Shown here piece after piece: positions 1 through 9,690 of a DNA stretch of 64,000 nucleotides. The stretch's first letter is position 1. Every line of letters begins with the position of its first letter. The stretch spans positions 367,847 through 431,846 of the forward strand of contig PEZY01000012.1 of the NCBI GenBank assembly GCA_002773855.1, written 5' to 3'. Below the pieces are notes generated by a model. The model had not been told where the DNA came from. It saw only the letters and a list, made by a program, of their open reading frames with translations, and made no database searches. The position numbers and the translations under genes are program-made. The DNA comes from Candidatus Buchananbacteria bacterium CG10_big_fil_rev_8_21_14_0_10_33_19 (lineage in GTDB: Bacteria; Patescibacteriota; Patescibacteriia; 2-01-FULL-39-33).

Positions 1-72
1 ATAGCACACTCAATGAATTTTGTCAATAGCTAAGCCCTAAAAATCAAATAAAATACCTAAATTTAGATAAAA

Positions 73-672
73 ATGAAGTACCCGCTCATCATCCAAAACC
101 TCATAGATCAATTTTCTAGACTGCCAAGCATTGGTCCTAAAAGTGCTGAACGCTTAGTTTTCCACATGCTGTATCGACCCCAAAATGAACTTCATGCGTT
201 TAGCCAAGCCATAGATAATCTCAAAAGTAATGTTAAGCAATGCCAAATTTGCTTTAATTTCTCTGAAAGCAACCCTTGCTATATCTGTAATAATCCCAAA
301 AGAAACAAAACTATAGTTTGTGTCGTCACCAAACCTCAAGATATGGCTATTATCGAAAAAACTGCCTCTTTTGATGGCCTCTATCATATCTTAGGCGGCA
401 ATATCAACCCACTAGAAAACATTTCTCCAAAGCAGATCAAAATTCAAGAATTACTTAATAGAATTAAAACAGATAATGTAACAGAAGTTATATTAGCTCT
501 TAATCCGGATATGAGCGGTGAAACTACTTCTATCTATTTAACCAAGCTCATCAAGCAATTTCCCAACATTAAAGTCACTAGATTAGCCAGAGGCTTACCC
601 ATGGGTGCTGACCTAGAATATGCTGATGAAATCACTTTAGAGAACGCTCTCAAAGATCGCCGAGAATTATAA
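73..672 (+). CDS. recR: Recombination protein RecR (C4 zinc finger + Toprim)
   Basis: N-terminal HhH (IGPKSAERL), CQIC...CYIC zinc finger and a Toprim-like C-terminal half; about 200 aa is typical for RecR; hairpin+T terminator follows. Confidence 0.85.
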   Translation: MKYPLIIQNLIDQFSRLPSIGPKSAERLVFHMLYRPQNELHAFSQAIDNLKSNVKQCQICFNFSESNPCYICNNPKRNKTIVCVVTKPQDMAIIEKTASFDGLYHILGGNINPLENISPKQIKIQELLNRIKTDNVTEVILALNPDMSGETTSIYLTKLIKQFPNIKVTRLARGLPMGADLEYADEITLENALKDRREL

Positions 673-684
673 AAAATCCAAAAC

Positions 685-712
685 AAAAATCCCGCCAGAA
701 GCGGGATTTTAT
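685..712 (+). terminator. Rho-independent terminator after recR
   Basis: aaatcccgc-cagaa-gcgggattt hairpin followed by T-rich run. Confidence 0.7.
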
Positions 713-723
713 AATTATCTAAA

Positions 724-2904
724 TTATAAAGTTAAAGGTTCTCCCCTACTATAATCATTTTCAAAACCATTTTGAATTTTAATAACCTCTGATTCCCAAT
801 TATTACCATACAATTCTAGTAATACATCACTGGTGGCATAATTAATAACTGCTCCATCAGACACAATATAAATTCTAGGACTGTTATAAAATCTAATTAA
901 TTTACTATCTGGCTTCACGGTTATATGCTCTCCTTCTTCTAAAGCATCAAAATCCTCTTGAGATATAGTTTCTAAATTTTGATCAGCCCAAGTACCTGTA
1001 TGCCAAGTCCAATAAGTTACACTATTAGGATATAAATGTCTTTTGCCATCATCGGTAATATGATAAACGGCATCACTATCAGCGGTTTTAATTACTCGAC
1101 CACTAGCATAGGAATAAATCTTTACACCTAAAACCTGTGGGGCTGGAGCGGATCCTCCACCACCACCTCCGCCACCAGCACTAGCAACAATAATATTCCA
1201 AGTAGCCGTAGTTGGATTGGTACCTATATCTTGCCAATTACCAGCTAAATCCTGACCAATAACTTCTAAGGTGTGTGAACTAATAGATAAAGTAGTTAAA
1301 GTTATTGGTGTCGCAATAGCCGTCGCTCCACTCACGGCTCCACCGTCTAAGCGATATTTATAATTAAGAACATCAGTGCCAGCTACTGTAATACTAAAAC
1401 TATTATCAGTGGTTTCGGCGGCTGGTGTATTGGATAAAGTAGATGTTGGAGCAACAGTATCAATTACTATGTAGCGACTACCAAAATAAACATCATCTGC
1501 GCTCAAAGTAGTTTGATGATTTCCAGCCTGATCATAAATATCGCCAGTGATACCCGATATATACAATCTGTCTGAATTATAACCATTAATAATAGAATAC
1601 TCGCAGCTAGCCGTGGTAGCTGGTGCTGAGGTAATAGCCAAATTACAAGAACCAATGTCAAAACTAATAGTTGAAGTGGCAACTAATGAAACAGCTTCAG
1701 AAAATGTTACCGTAAAAATTGCCGAACCCACCCCATAACTACTATCCGCTGCCGGATCAGTTAATCTTACTGTTGAAATTAGCGGCAGAACACCATCAAT
1801 AATAATATCAGAATTATCATCAATGTTTTCGTCTCTAATCTTGTAATTTAATAATATATTAGTTGAAGCCACACTATAAATACTACCAGTAATACTACTC
1901 ACACTTAAATCGGCTGTAGAATCATTTGCTCCCACTACATAATTACAAGAACCAGTGGTTAATGGTGATGAAGTAGCTATTTGAAAAGCACAACTACCCG
2001 TAGCACTAGCATTGAGATTAATAGTAATATCACTACTAGAATAAACTGACTCGGAAAATGTTAAATGAATAGGTACAATATCACCAATTTTATAGCGACC
2101 ATCACTAGCTGTACTAGTAGCCACAATAAGTCTGGGACTATCAGTATTAATGTGAATGCCATTGGCTAAATTACTATTAATATAACCAAAGGTGTTGCCA
2201 GCTAAATCATATATATTACCAGTAATACTACTGACACTTAAATTACTAGCATCATCGTTTGCCCCCACTATATAATTACAAGAACCAGTAGTTGATGGTG
2301 ATGATGTAGCTATCTGAAAAGCACAACTAGCTGTGGAACTAGCATTAAGATTAATAGTAATTTCACCGCCAGCATAGACTGATTCTGAAAATTTAACATT
2401 AATAGGAATAATATCACCAGCATCATAATAATCATTTATAACTGTGGTAGTTATAGTGGCATTAGGATTGCTAGTATCTACAATAATATTTTTTAACGAC
2501 GACATATAAACAGCCGGGACAAACGATGTCATAGCATTGCCAGTCTCATCATATATATCACCAGTAAGATAACGCAAATCCAAATCATTAGAACTATCAC
2601 CATTACTAACCGTATAAATACACGATGCGGTGGAACTAGCCGATGATTGATCAATGGAAAAATAACAACGAGTCAGCAAGCCTGATGTTAAAACTATAGT
2701 AGAAGTTCCTACCGTATAAACTGGCTCAGAAAAATTAACTCTAATTGTTATCTCATCTCCAGCTATGTAATAACCATCCGGACTATCACTAGTAATTTGA
2801 GTGATAGTGGGAGCTACTGTATCAACAGCTTCAACCGATTGACCTAGACCAAAAATTGCTAAAATAGCAACCACCATTATAAGTGGGTTTCTTACCGCTT
2901 TCAT
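724..2904 (-). CDS. Secreted surface protein with tandem ~100-aa Ig-like repeats, poly-Gly linker and a conserved C-terminal module
   Basis: Signal peptide (MKAVRNPLIMVVAILAIFGLGQSVEA); two near-identical internal repeats (…INLNAS.TASCAFQIATSSP.TTGSCNY.VGAND…); GGGGGGGGS linker; C-terminal ~130 aa homologous to the C-terminus of the 1352-aa protein at 9691-13749. Confidence 0.6.
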   Translation of the reverse strand: MKAVRNPLIMVVAILAIFGLGQSVEAVDTVAPTITQITSDSPDGYYIAGDEITIRVNFSEPVYTVGTSTIVLTSGLLTRCYFSIDQSSASSTASCIYTVSNGDSSNDLDLRYLTGDIYDETGNAMTSFVPAVYMSSLKNIIVDTSNPNATITTTVINDYYDAGDIIPINVKFSESVYAGGEITINLNASSTASCAFQIATSSPSTTGSCNYIVGANDDASNLSVSSITGNIYDLAGNTFGYINSNLANGIHINTDSPRLIVATSTASDGRYKIGDIVPIHLTFSESVYSSSDITINLNASATGSCAFQIATSSPLTTGSCNYVVGANDSTADLSVSSITGSIYSVASTNILLNYKIRDENIDDNSDIIIDGVLPLISTVRLTDPAADSSYGVGSAIFTVTFSEAVSLVATSTISFDIGSCNLAITSAPATTASCEYSIINGYNSDRLYISGITGDIYDQAGNHQTTLSADDVYFGSRYIVIDTVAPTSTLSNTPAAETTDNSFSITVAGTDVLNYKYRLDGGAVSGATAIATPITLTTLSISSHTLEVIGQDLAGNWQDIGTNPTTATWNIIVASAGGGGGGGGSAPAPQVLGVKIYSYASGRVIKTADSDAVYHITDDGKRHLYPNSVTYWTWHTGTWADQNLETISQEDFDALEEGEHITVKPDSKLIRFYNSPRIYIVSDGAVINYATSDVLLELYGNNWESEVIKIQNGFENDYSRGEPLTL

Positions 2905-2913
2905 ACTTTAAGA

Positions 2914-4698
2914 CTAAATAATTATTAAAATAATCAAAAGACTAATAAACACCAAACTAGATATTATCATCTTAAGATTTTGTTTTTTAAATTGAATAAA
3001 TATATTAATCAAGAGCGTTGCAACAATCAAACCTAACATTATTTTATAAATAGTCGCTGAAATCGAGAATAACCAATTAACATTGCCAGATTTACTATCT
3101 TTAGCAAAAAAATACTGTTGGGTTAAAGAAGCTTTAACTGGTTTAATGCCATCCCATGATACGTCGGTTGTTACTGAATTGCCAGCGTAGTCGGTCGCTG
3201 TAACACTAGGCAAAACCACTGGATTAAATAACTGTTCATTTTCTTGATTAAATATAATAGTGCTGCCAGTCCATTTGGTTGGCAAGCTAATATCTGGCTG
3301 AAGATCTATTTTATAATTACCAAATGAAACACTAGCGTTTTTAGTATCACTATCTAAGAAAACTTCAGCTCTAACTATTTTTTGCTCTTTGTCGTTAGCC
3401 TCTAGGACAAATAGTTTACTGGCTTCAATATTAATAGCTGGTGGAATTTGATCCAATGACACCCTATAAACATCTGAAGACAACGTTTTTGAACCATTAC
3501 TAGCTTCAAATCTTAAATTATTTTCACCTTCACTCAAAGACAAGCTAAATTCAAAATTACCGTCTTTAGAATTAGTTAACTCTAAATATTTTACATCATT
3601 TAAATAGACATTTAGTGTCTTAGCCGATACAGCTAGAACACTAAAATAAGTGGGATTTTCATTAACCACTGAATCATTTTTAGGATAAGACAAGATCGGC
3701 ACAGACAAAGAAGATGCAATAATCTTTTCACCAAAAACTTTTTGACTGGAATCACTAACAACAGTATTTTCATTTGGTTCTCGTGTTACTATATTAGCTA
3801 CCGGAATATCATTAACAGACCCAAAAAACTGAGCTACTAGCGTCGTATCATAACCATTAAACTTACCACTTACCACTCCCACACCAATTTCAGTAAAATC
3901 TGGATCAATTATATTAGCATAATGAGTCTTACTCTGAACCCAAGCATTAACCACGTCAGCCGCATCAACAAAACCCATGGCTAAATTTTCACCAGCCGTG
4001 CTATAAGTATAATTATTTTTCCGTAACCAATAACCTAACCCCTTCTTTTTTGGACTAACATGAGCAAAATACTGTTCAGTTAACATATCCTGAGCTTTTT
4101 CATAAGCGCCTTTATTTAGAACATCATTTTTGATCAATAAGTTTAAACCCAAACTACTTCTAATTTCATTGGTTAAATTTATAATTTTCTCCGCTTGCTT
4201 TTTAGAAACATCTGGCGTCACCCAAGCACTTAACGGTAAACTAACTACAAATATTACAATTAATAGTTTAATAGCAATAGCCGATACTCCATAAGCAAAT
4301 AAACTATTGGTTTTTAAAATTTTTGGTGAAAACTGATTACCTGAATAAGAAAAAAATAAATCCTTCAAATAACCACCACCTCTAGGATTTTTACCTTGTT
4401 TAATAGCCTCACCATCTGGCACACCATCACCATCAGAGTCAGGATTATTAGGATCGGTTTGATAAATTTTTATTTCTTCGTAATCAGAAATACCATCACC
4501 ATCCGAGTCGGGGTTATTGGATTTAGTGCCATAAAGCTTTTCTTGATAATCACTTAGACCATCACCGTCGGTATCAGCCATTATTCGAATTCTGTCTGAT
4601 AATTCTTTTACTTTTAGTTCTAATTTTTTAGACTTTAAATCAATATCACTTTTAGGTGTGACAATTATTTTTTTTCTACTTTTAATAGTCTTTTTCAT
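2914..4698 (-). CDS. Membrane-anchored protein with thrombospondin type-3-like Ca-binding repeats and a CAP/SCP (PR-1, YkwD-like) domain
   Basis: Three D.DGDG..D repeats (DTDGDGLSDYQE, DSDGDGISDYEE, DSDGDGVPDGEA); CAP motifs (HYANIIDPDFTEIGVGVV, GENLAMGF); internal and C-terminal TM helices. Confidence 0.6.
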   Translation of the reverse strand: MKKTIKSRKKIIVTPKSDIDLKSKKLELKVKELSDRIRIMADTDGDGLSDYQEKLYGTKSNNPDSDGDGISDYEEIKIYQTDPNNPDSDGDGVPDGEAIKQGKNPRGGGYLKDLFFSYSGNQFSPKILKTNSLFAYGVSAIAIKLLIVIFVVSLPLSAWVTPDVSKKQAEKIINLTNEIRSSLGLNLLIKNDVLNKGAYEKAQDMLTEQYFAHVSPKKKGLGYWLRKNNYTYSTAGENLAMGFVDAADVVNAWVQSKTHYANIIDPDFTEIGVGVVSGKFNGYDTTLVAQFFGSVNDIPVANIVTREPNENTVVSDSSQKVFGEKIIASSLSVPILSYPKNDSVVNENPTYFSVLAVSAKTLNVYLNDVKYLELTNSKDGNFEFSLSLSEGENNLRFEASNGSKTLSSDVYRVSLDQIPPAINIEASKLFVLEANDKEQKIVRAEVFLDSDTKNASVSFGNYKIDLQPDISLPTKWTGSTIIFNQENEQLFNPVVLPSVTATDYAGNSVTTDVSWDGIKPVKASLTQQYFFAKDSKSGNVNWLFSISATIYKIMLGLIVATLLINIFIQFKKQNLKMIISSLVFISLLIILIII

Positions 4699-4847
4699 GA
4701 TTAGGCCTGTTGAGTAATCATTTTCGTAGCGAAATTTTCATATTTTGAGATAAATTTTTGGAAATTTAACCGAAATATGAAAATTATAGTAGCAAATTAT
4801 TGTTTAATAGACCCCTGTATTATCTCATAAATATTACTCCAAATCAA

Positions 4848-4890
4848 GAAAAAAATAAAAGCAATACTGTAGTTTAGTATTGCTTTTGAA
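4848..4890 (-). terminator. Hairpin terminator downstream of purF (A-tract/T-tract flanked, possibly bidirectional)
   Basis: aagcaatact-gtagttt-agtattgctt hairpin with flanking A and T runs. Confidence 0.55.
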
Positions 4891-6243
4891 TTAAATTGGA
4901 TAATCACCGGTCATACAAGCAAAACAATAATCATCTGGATTATCGACTAAGCTTTTCAAATCTTCAACTGATAAAAATTCCAAAGAATCAGCACCGCATT
5001 CTTGTCTAATTTCTTCTTTAGAATGATTGGCTGCTATTAATTCACTTTTATTAGGTGTGTCTATACCATAATAACATGGTGAAATTATCATTGGAGAAAC
5101 AATGCGTAAATTAATACTTTTAGCGCCAGCAAATCTAATTAAACCCACTAAACCACGCATAGTTGTTAATCTAACGATCGAATCATCCACTACCACCACA
5201 TCCTTACCTTCAACTAATCGACGAATAATGATAAATTTTTTGCGGACTGCCAAGTCTCTAAGATATTGAAATGGTAAAATAAATGTCCTACCAATATAAT
5301 GATGCCGAGCAATGGCCCTGACAGAGCTAATCCCCATTTCATTAGCATAGCCCTCTGCGTGATAAACTGCCGAATCAGGCACACCAACAACACAATTAGT
5401 ATTAGTTGGGCAAACTTGGCAAAGTTTTTTACCAGCTCGCAAATGAAAATCTACTACCGCTTCATCAAAAACCACACTACCAGGATGAGAATAATATATT
5501 TTTTCAAAAATACATTGTGCTTTTTTATGGTTAGTTGGACTAATATAAATAGAATTTTCGTCAAAAAAATATGACTTAGATTCATTTTTACTGACAATTA
5601 ATATCTCGCCTGGCTGAACACTTCTTTTAGTGTTAACGCCCAAGCTTTCAAATGAAACTGTTTCTGACGAAAAGTAAAGACTATCGCCAAATTCACCTAT
5701 CGATAAAGGGCGATTTCCCCATGGATCACGTATAGCAATAACTGTATCATCAAACAAAATTAACAGCGAATAACTGCCTCGTAAAAATTTAACCGAGTCA
5801 TAAATCCTATCAACCAAACTCTCAGCCAATGACTCACAAAATAATCGTAAAATTATTTCAGTATCTATTTTTGTTTTTAGTCTTTCAGGGTGTTTTAATT
5901 TAGTTATTAATTCTGAGTAATTAACCAAATTACCATTATGAGCAATGGCTACTTCCCGATTATTAAAAACTCCTAAAATCGGTTGGGCATTATCTGCCTT
6001 AGGATTGTCTTCAACTGTTGAATAGCGAATATGACCAATGGCACATTTACCATGAAGCTTATCCAAGGTATCTTGATCAAAAACTTCTTGAACAATACCC
6101 TTGGCCTTATGACAAAAAATATTTGAACCGTCACTAGAGGCTATGCCAGCATACTCTTTGGCTCGATGCTGGATAGCATGACCCATAACATAGCAGATTT
6201 CTGCTGCTTTACGACAATTAAAGGCACCGAAGACTCCACACAC
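4891..6243 (-). CDS. purF: Amidophosphoribosyltransferase (glutamine-PRPP amidotransferase)
   Basis: N-terminal MCGVFG (Ntn Cys), class-II GATase fold, PRTase motif VVVVDDSIVRLTT, C-terminal Cys cluster. Confidence 0.8.
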   Translation of the reverse strand: MCGVFGAFNCRKAAEICYVMGHAIQHRAKEYAGIASSDGSNIFCHKAKGIVQEVFDQDTLDKLHGKCAIGHIRYSTVEDNPKADNAQPILGVFNNREVAIAHNGNLVNYSELITKLKHPERLKTKIDTEIILRLFCESLAESLVDRIYDSVKFLRGSYSLLILFDDTVIAIRDPWGNRPLSIGEFGDSLYFSSETVSFESLGVNTKRSVQPGEILIVSKNESKSYFFDENSIYISPTNHKKAQCIFEKIYYSHPGSVVFDEAVVDFHLRAGKKLCQVCPTNTNCVVGVPDSAVYHAEGYANEMGISSVRAIARHHYIGRTFILPFQYLRDLAVRKKFIIIRRLVEGKDVVVVDDSIVRLTTMRGLVGLIRFAGAKSINLRIVSPMIISPCYYGIDTPNKSELIAANHSKEEIRQECGADSLEFLSVEDLKSLVDNPDDYCFACMTGDYPI

Positions 6244-6311
6244 ATCCTTCTCCTTTGTTGTTAAGGTACAAAAATAAAATTCGCTCCAACTAGTGGAACG
6301 AATTTATTATT

Positions 6312-6614
6312 TTAAATTTTGTTTATTTCTACTTCTACAAACTCTTGACGATGTCCGAATTTCTTAGCTTGTCTGGTTTTTGGCTTATACTTAACACCAG
6401 TTACTTTTCTAGCCTTGCCAAAAGCCAAAACTTTACCTTCAACCTTAGACTTAAGTAGAGGTGCTCCAAGATCCATTTTATCACCATCAACCAGTAATAA
6501 AGTATCAAATTCTACCTTATCACCAGTTTCTACCTTAAGCTTTTCAATTTTTATTTTATCTTTTTCTTTGACAACGTATTGTTTGCCACCAGTTTTAATA
6601 ACTGCAATTTTCAT
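6312..6614 (-). CDS. rplU: 50S ribosomal protein L21
   Basis: MKIAVIKTGGKQYVV… is a typical L21 N-terminus; about 100 aa; basic. Confidence 0.85.
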   Translation of the reverse strand: MKIAVIKTGGKQYVVKEKDKIKIEKLKVETGDKVEFDTLLLVDGDKMDLGAPLLKSKVEGKVLAFGKARKVTGVKYKPKTRQAKKFGHRQEFVEVEINKI

Positions 6615-6687
6615 AATGTTTATTACAAAAGTGATTTATACAACGATTACATATTACACTTTTTAGATTTATTTGTCAAATAATATC

Positions 6688-7173
6688 CTAAAGACTAATT
6701 TTAACAATATCCCCTATTCTGAGGCTATATTTATCCACAAAGCCTGAATTTACCTCTAAAACATAGTTAACAAAAGACTTTGGTCTATAAATTGGTAAAT
6801 TAAGATTATCCCGCTGAGGCTCTAAATTCCTCTCATAACCAATCACCATATCGTCTTTTATCCAAATAATATCAATGGGGATAATCATATTTTTCATCCA
6901 AAAATTTGGCAATATATAGTCATCATAAACAAATAACATACCATTATTTGATGGCATTTTTTTAACATAACCCAAGCCTAATTGCTGTTCTGATGGAGTT
7001 TTAGCTAATCTTAATTTTATTTGTTGACCGGCAATATCGATAGTTTGCAAATTTGCTAGTGCCTGTTTGTTTTTAACAATTATTGCCAACGATACAAACA
7101 AAAGAATAGTAACAACAAAAACTATACTTAGTAGTCTAAAATTAACTTTTATTTTTTTGGGTTGACTTTCCAT
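6688..7173 (-). CDS. DUF192 (COG1430) family protein
   Basis: N-terminal TM; GMLFVYDD…PIDIIWI…VLEVNSGF pattern of the DUF192 family. Confidence 0.55.
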   Translation of the reverse strand: MESQPKKIKVNFRLLSIVFVVTILLFVSLAIIVKNKQALANLQTIDIAGQQIKLRLAKTPSEQQLGLGYVKKMPSNNGMLFVYDDYILPNFWMKNMIIPIDIIWIKDDMVIGYERNLEPQRDNLNLPIYRPKSFVNYVLEVNSGFVDKYSLRIGDIVKISL

Positions 7174-8206
7174 AGATTACTAAAATAATTAAACACATAA
7201 AAACAACTAAAACCCCTAAGCTAAATAATTTTCCCAGACTATTGCTTAATATGCCAAGTAGACCAAAAGTAATTGCTATTAAATATAGTAGTAATACTGC
7301 CTCTCTTTGACCAAAACCCACATCTAATAATTGAAAATGTAAATGTTTTCTATCAGCATGAGAAAATGGCGATTCGCCTCTTAAGAATCTTCTAATAATG
7401 ACAATTAAAACGTCTAAAGCCGGAATACCAATCACCAATAGAGTGGTAGCAATTTTAGAACCAGAGATTATAGATAATACACCCAACATAAAACCCATAA
7501 AAATGCTGCCACCCTCACCTAAAAATATCTTAGCTGGATAAAAATTAAAAACCAAAAACCCAATTGAAGCCCCAAATAAAACTAGAGCCCAAACACTAGT
7601 AGCTGACATATAAACATCCCAACTTAAACTAAGGATAAAAATCATAAAAGCCGCCACACTAGTAATGCCAGTAACTAGTCCATCCAAACCATCCAATAGT
7701 TTAGTAGTATACATTAAGCCCATTAGCCAAATAAAGGAAACCAAAGTACCTAATATTGGTGTTAAATAAACAATAGCATTGGTAGGGCCGCCAATAGGAT
7801 TAGTGATATAAGTAATTTTAATACCAACTAATAAAACCACTGTCGCCGCTAAGAGTGGCCAAATTATTTGTTGCCATGGTTTTAAATTATATTTATCATC
7901 TAATGTTCCACCAATCATAATTAACAAACCACCAATAAAAACCGCTAATATAAAATTAGCGCCAACACCAGAAAAATCAGCTAAGTTAAATAATTTAAAA
8001 ATAAAAACCGAAATAAAAATGGCTAAAAAAATAGCCCAGCCACCTAGCAACGGTACGGGGTTTTTGTGGATTTTTCTATCAGCTGAGTTTGGTTTGTCTA
8101 ATATATTAAAATAATGAGAAATTTTAATAACTAGTGGGGTAACCAAAAATGATATTAATAAGCCAATAGATACAGCTAAAAAATAAGCATAATTTATATT
8201 TATCAT
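7142..8206 (-). CDS. MraY/WecA-family polyprenyl-phosphate N-acetylhexosamine-1-phosphate transferase (GT4)
   Basis: About 10 TM helices; DDKYNL, LDGLDGL and NxxNxxDGxDGL-like motifs of the MraY/WecA family; I cannot distinguish MraY from WecA from sequence alone. Confidence 0.6.
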   Translation of the reverse strand: MININYAYFLAVSIGLLISFLVTPLVIKISHYFNILDKPNSADRKIHKNPVPLLGGWAIFLAIFISVFIFKLFNLADFSGVGANFILAVFIGGLLIMIGGTLDDKYNLKPWQQIIWPLLAATVVLLVGIKITYITNPIGGPTNAIVYLTPILGTLVSFIWLMGLMYTTKLLDGLDGLVTGITSVAAFMIFILSLSWDVYMSATSVWALVLFGASIGFLVFNFYPAKIFLGEGGSIFMGFMLGVLSIISGSKIATTLLVIGIPALDVLIVIIRRFLRGESPFSHADRKHLHFQLLDVGFGQREAVLLLYLIAITFGLLGILSNSLGKLFSLGVLVVFMCLIILVIYGKSTQKNKS

Positions 8207-8234
8207 GAAATAATTATAGCAAAATAATTGATAT

Positions 8235-8262
8235 TAAAAAATCCCAGAAATTAAACTGGGAT
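8235..8262 (-). terminator. Terminator of small gene 8266-8520
   Basis: tcccag-aaattaaa-ctggga hairpin with U-tract on the minus strand. Confidence 0.6.
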
Positions 8263-8265
8263 AAA

Positions 8266-8520
8266 TTACCTAGTAACATCTAATAAGCCGCGGGAATTAT
8301 AGATACCTATAACCGGTTGAACTATTTCCCATTCTTGACGGCTCTTAGCTTTTTCTGAAGCAACCAGAGCTGCTTTAGATATGGTTACATTTACTCCCAG
8401 GTAATTTGATACTAATCCATTAGACTCTGCCTGTAACATCAAAGCTAGCCCCTGATGCGATCCTGAATGTGATAAACGGTAACTTTCACCAATAGTCGTT
8501 GGCAAAGCATGTCCAAGCAT
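8266..8520 (-). CDS. Small hypothetical protein (84 aa) forming its own transcription unit
   Basis: Consensus promoter TTGACA-17-TATGGT at 8556-8584 and GGAG RBS 8 nt before the internal ATG (MLGHALPTT…). The ORF-track start at 8565 lies inside the -10 box, so it is probably not used. A terminator follows. Sequence is GC-richer than its surroundings. Confidence 0.45.
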   Translation of the reverse strand: MLGHALPTTIGESYRLSHSGSHQGLALMLQAESNGLVSNYLGVNVTISKAALVASEKAKSRQEWEIVQPVIGIYNSRGLLDVTR

Positions 8521-8555
8521 TTTACTATCTCCAAGGTTAAAAGACCTAACACTAA

Positions 8556-8584
8556 ACCATAGCAAAAAATTTAGACCTTGTCAA
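8556..8584 (-). promoter_or_regulatory. Sigma70-like promoter (TTGACA-17-TATGGT) for small gene
   Basis: Exact -35 hexamer, 17-nt spacer, TATGGT -10. Confidence 0.55.
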
Positions 8585-8597
8585 TAATAATTTAAAA

Positions 8598-9680
8598 TTA
8601 AAATTTACCTTTTTTAATTTCTATTCGCAAATCACTCATCATCGAAAGATAAAACTCTAAATTATTTAAAGTCGCTAGTCGCATACCCAGTGGTTCATTG
8701 GTTTTAAATAATTGATATAAATAAGCTCGACTGTATTGTTTTAAATTAGTTTTATTAATTGAAGATTTATCATTTTTAAACTTAGCGTTAGCAATATTAA
8801 TAGTTTCATAAAAACCAGCACCAAAGCCTGATTTTTTTCTAATATACAACCTGCCGTGTCTCGCTTCTCGAGTCGGAATAACACAATCAAACATATCTAC
8901 TCCCCGCTTAACCGCTGCGACAATATTGTCTGGCGTGCCTACGCCCATTAAGTATCTGGGTTTATCTTCTGGCATTTGATTTACTAAATAATCTAACACC
9001 GAATACATTTCTTGATTACTTTCACCCACGGCCAAACCACCAATAGCATAACCATCAAAGTCCAACTTCACTAAGTCCTTTAAACTTCTTTCTCTTAAAT
9101 CTTGATGTAATCCGCCCTGAACAATACCAAACATTAATTGTTTAGAGTTGAGCGTTTTTTTATACTTCTTCGCTTCTTTGGCCCAAGCGGTAGTTAAATC
9201 AACCGCTTCTCTAATTTTTGCCTTAGAGTCTTTGGAACTAGGACATACATCTAAAATCATCGCAATGTCCGAACCAATAATTTTTTGGATTTCTAAAACT
9301 TTTTTCGGTGTTAAGGTGTGCCGACTACCATCAATATGTGAATTAAATTCTACACCATGTGGCATTATTTTTCTAATCTTAGACAGAGAGAAAACTTGAA
9401 AACCACCACTGTCAGTTAGAATTGGCCCAGACCAATTCATCATTTTATGTAGTCCACCTTGTTTTTTTAGAACATCTAAACCAGGCTGAAGATATAAATG
9501 ATAAGTATTCGAAAGTATAATCTGAGCACCTAGTGATTTAACCTCACCCGTAGTCAGATGTTTGACCGCTGCTTTGGTAGCGATTGGCATAAAAAATGGT
9601 GTCCCAATAAAACCATGAGCGGTTTTTAATTTACCAAGTCTAGCTTTAGTCTTTTTAGATTCTTTTAAGATTTCATACAT
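8598..9680 (-). CDS. tgt: Queuine tRNA-ribosyltransferase
   Basis: Conserved Tgt N-terminus (…GTPFFMPIATKAAVKHL…ILSNTYHL…TDSGGFQ) and zinc-site Cys/His at the C-terminus. Confidence 0.85.
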   Translation of the reverse strand: MYEILKESKKTKARLGKLKTAHGFIGTPFFMPIATKAAVKHLTTGEVKSLGAQIILSNTYHLYLQPGLDVLKKQGGLHKMMNWSGPILTDSGGFQVFSLSKIRKIMPHGVEFNSHIDGSRHTLTPKKVLEIQKIIGSDIAMILDVCPSSKDSKAKIREAVDLTTAWAKEAKKYKKTLNSKQLMFGIVQGGLHQDLRERSLKDLVKLDFDGYAIGGLAVGESNQEMYSVLDYLVNQMPEDKPRYLMGVGTPDNIVAAVKRGVDMFDCVIPTREARHGRLYIRKKSGFGAGFYETINIANAKFKNDKSSINKTNLKQYSRAYLYQLFKTNEPLGMRLATLNNLEFYLSMMSDLRIEIKKGKF

Positions 9681-9690
9681 AATTTAACAA

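Noticed and set aside
5299-5574. Assorted short antisense ORFs inside purF, tgt, the GH9-like gene, lepA, murJ, ppdK, uvrA/B, dnaX and others (for example 5299-5574, 9148-9399, 11834-12028, 29397-29660, 31018-31404, 37004-37261, 47015-47260, 60131-60322)
   Set aside because: They are embedded antisense in well-supported genes, lack RBS signals, and are typical AT-rich-genome artefacts.
8266-8565. Possibility that the 8207-8597 interval is an RNA gene (RNase P, SRP, tmRNA), not a protein-coding gene
   Set aside because: No conserved RNase P, SRP or tmRNA motifs were found. A promoter, a GGAG RBS, an in-frame ORF and a terminator fit a small protein gene better. The listed start at 8565 falls inside the -10 box, so I moved the start to the internal Met.
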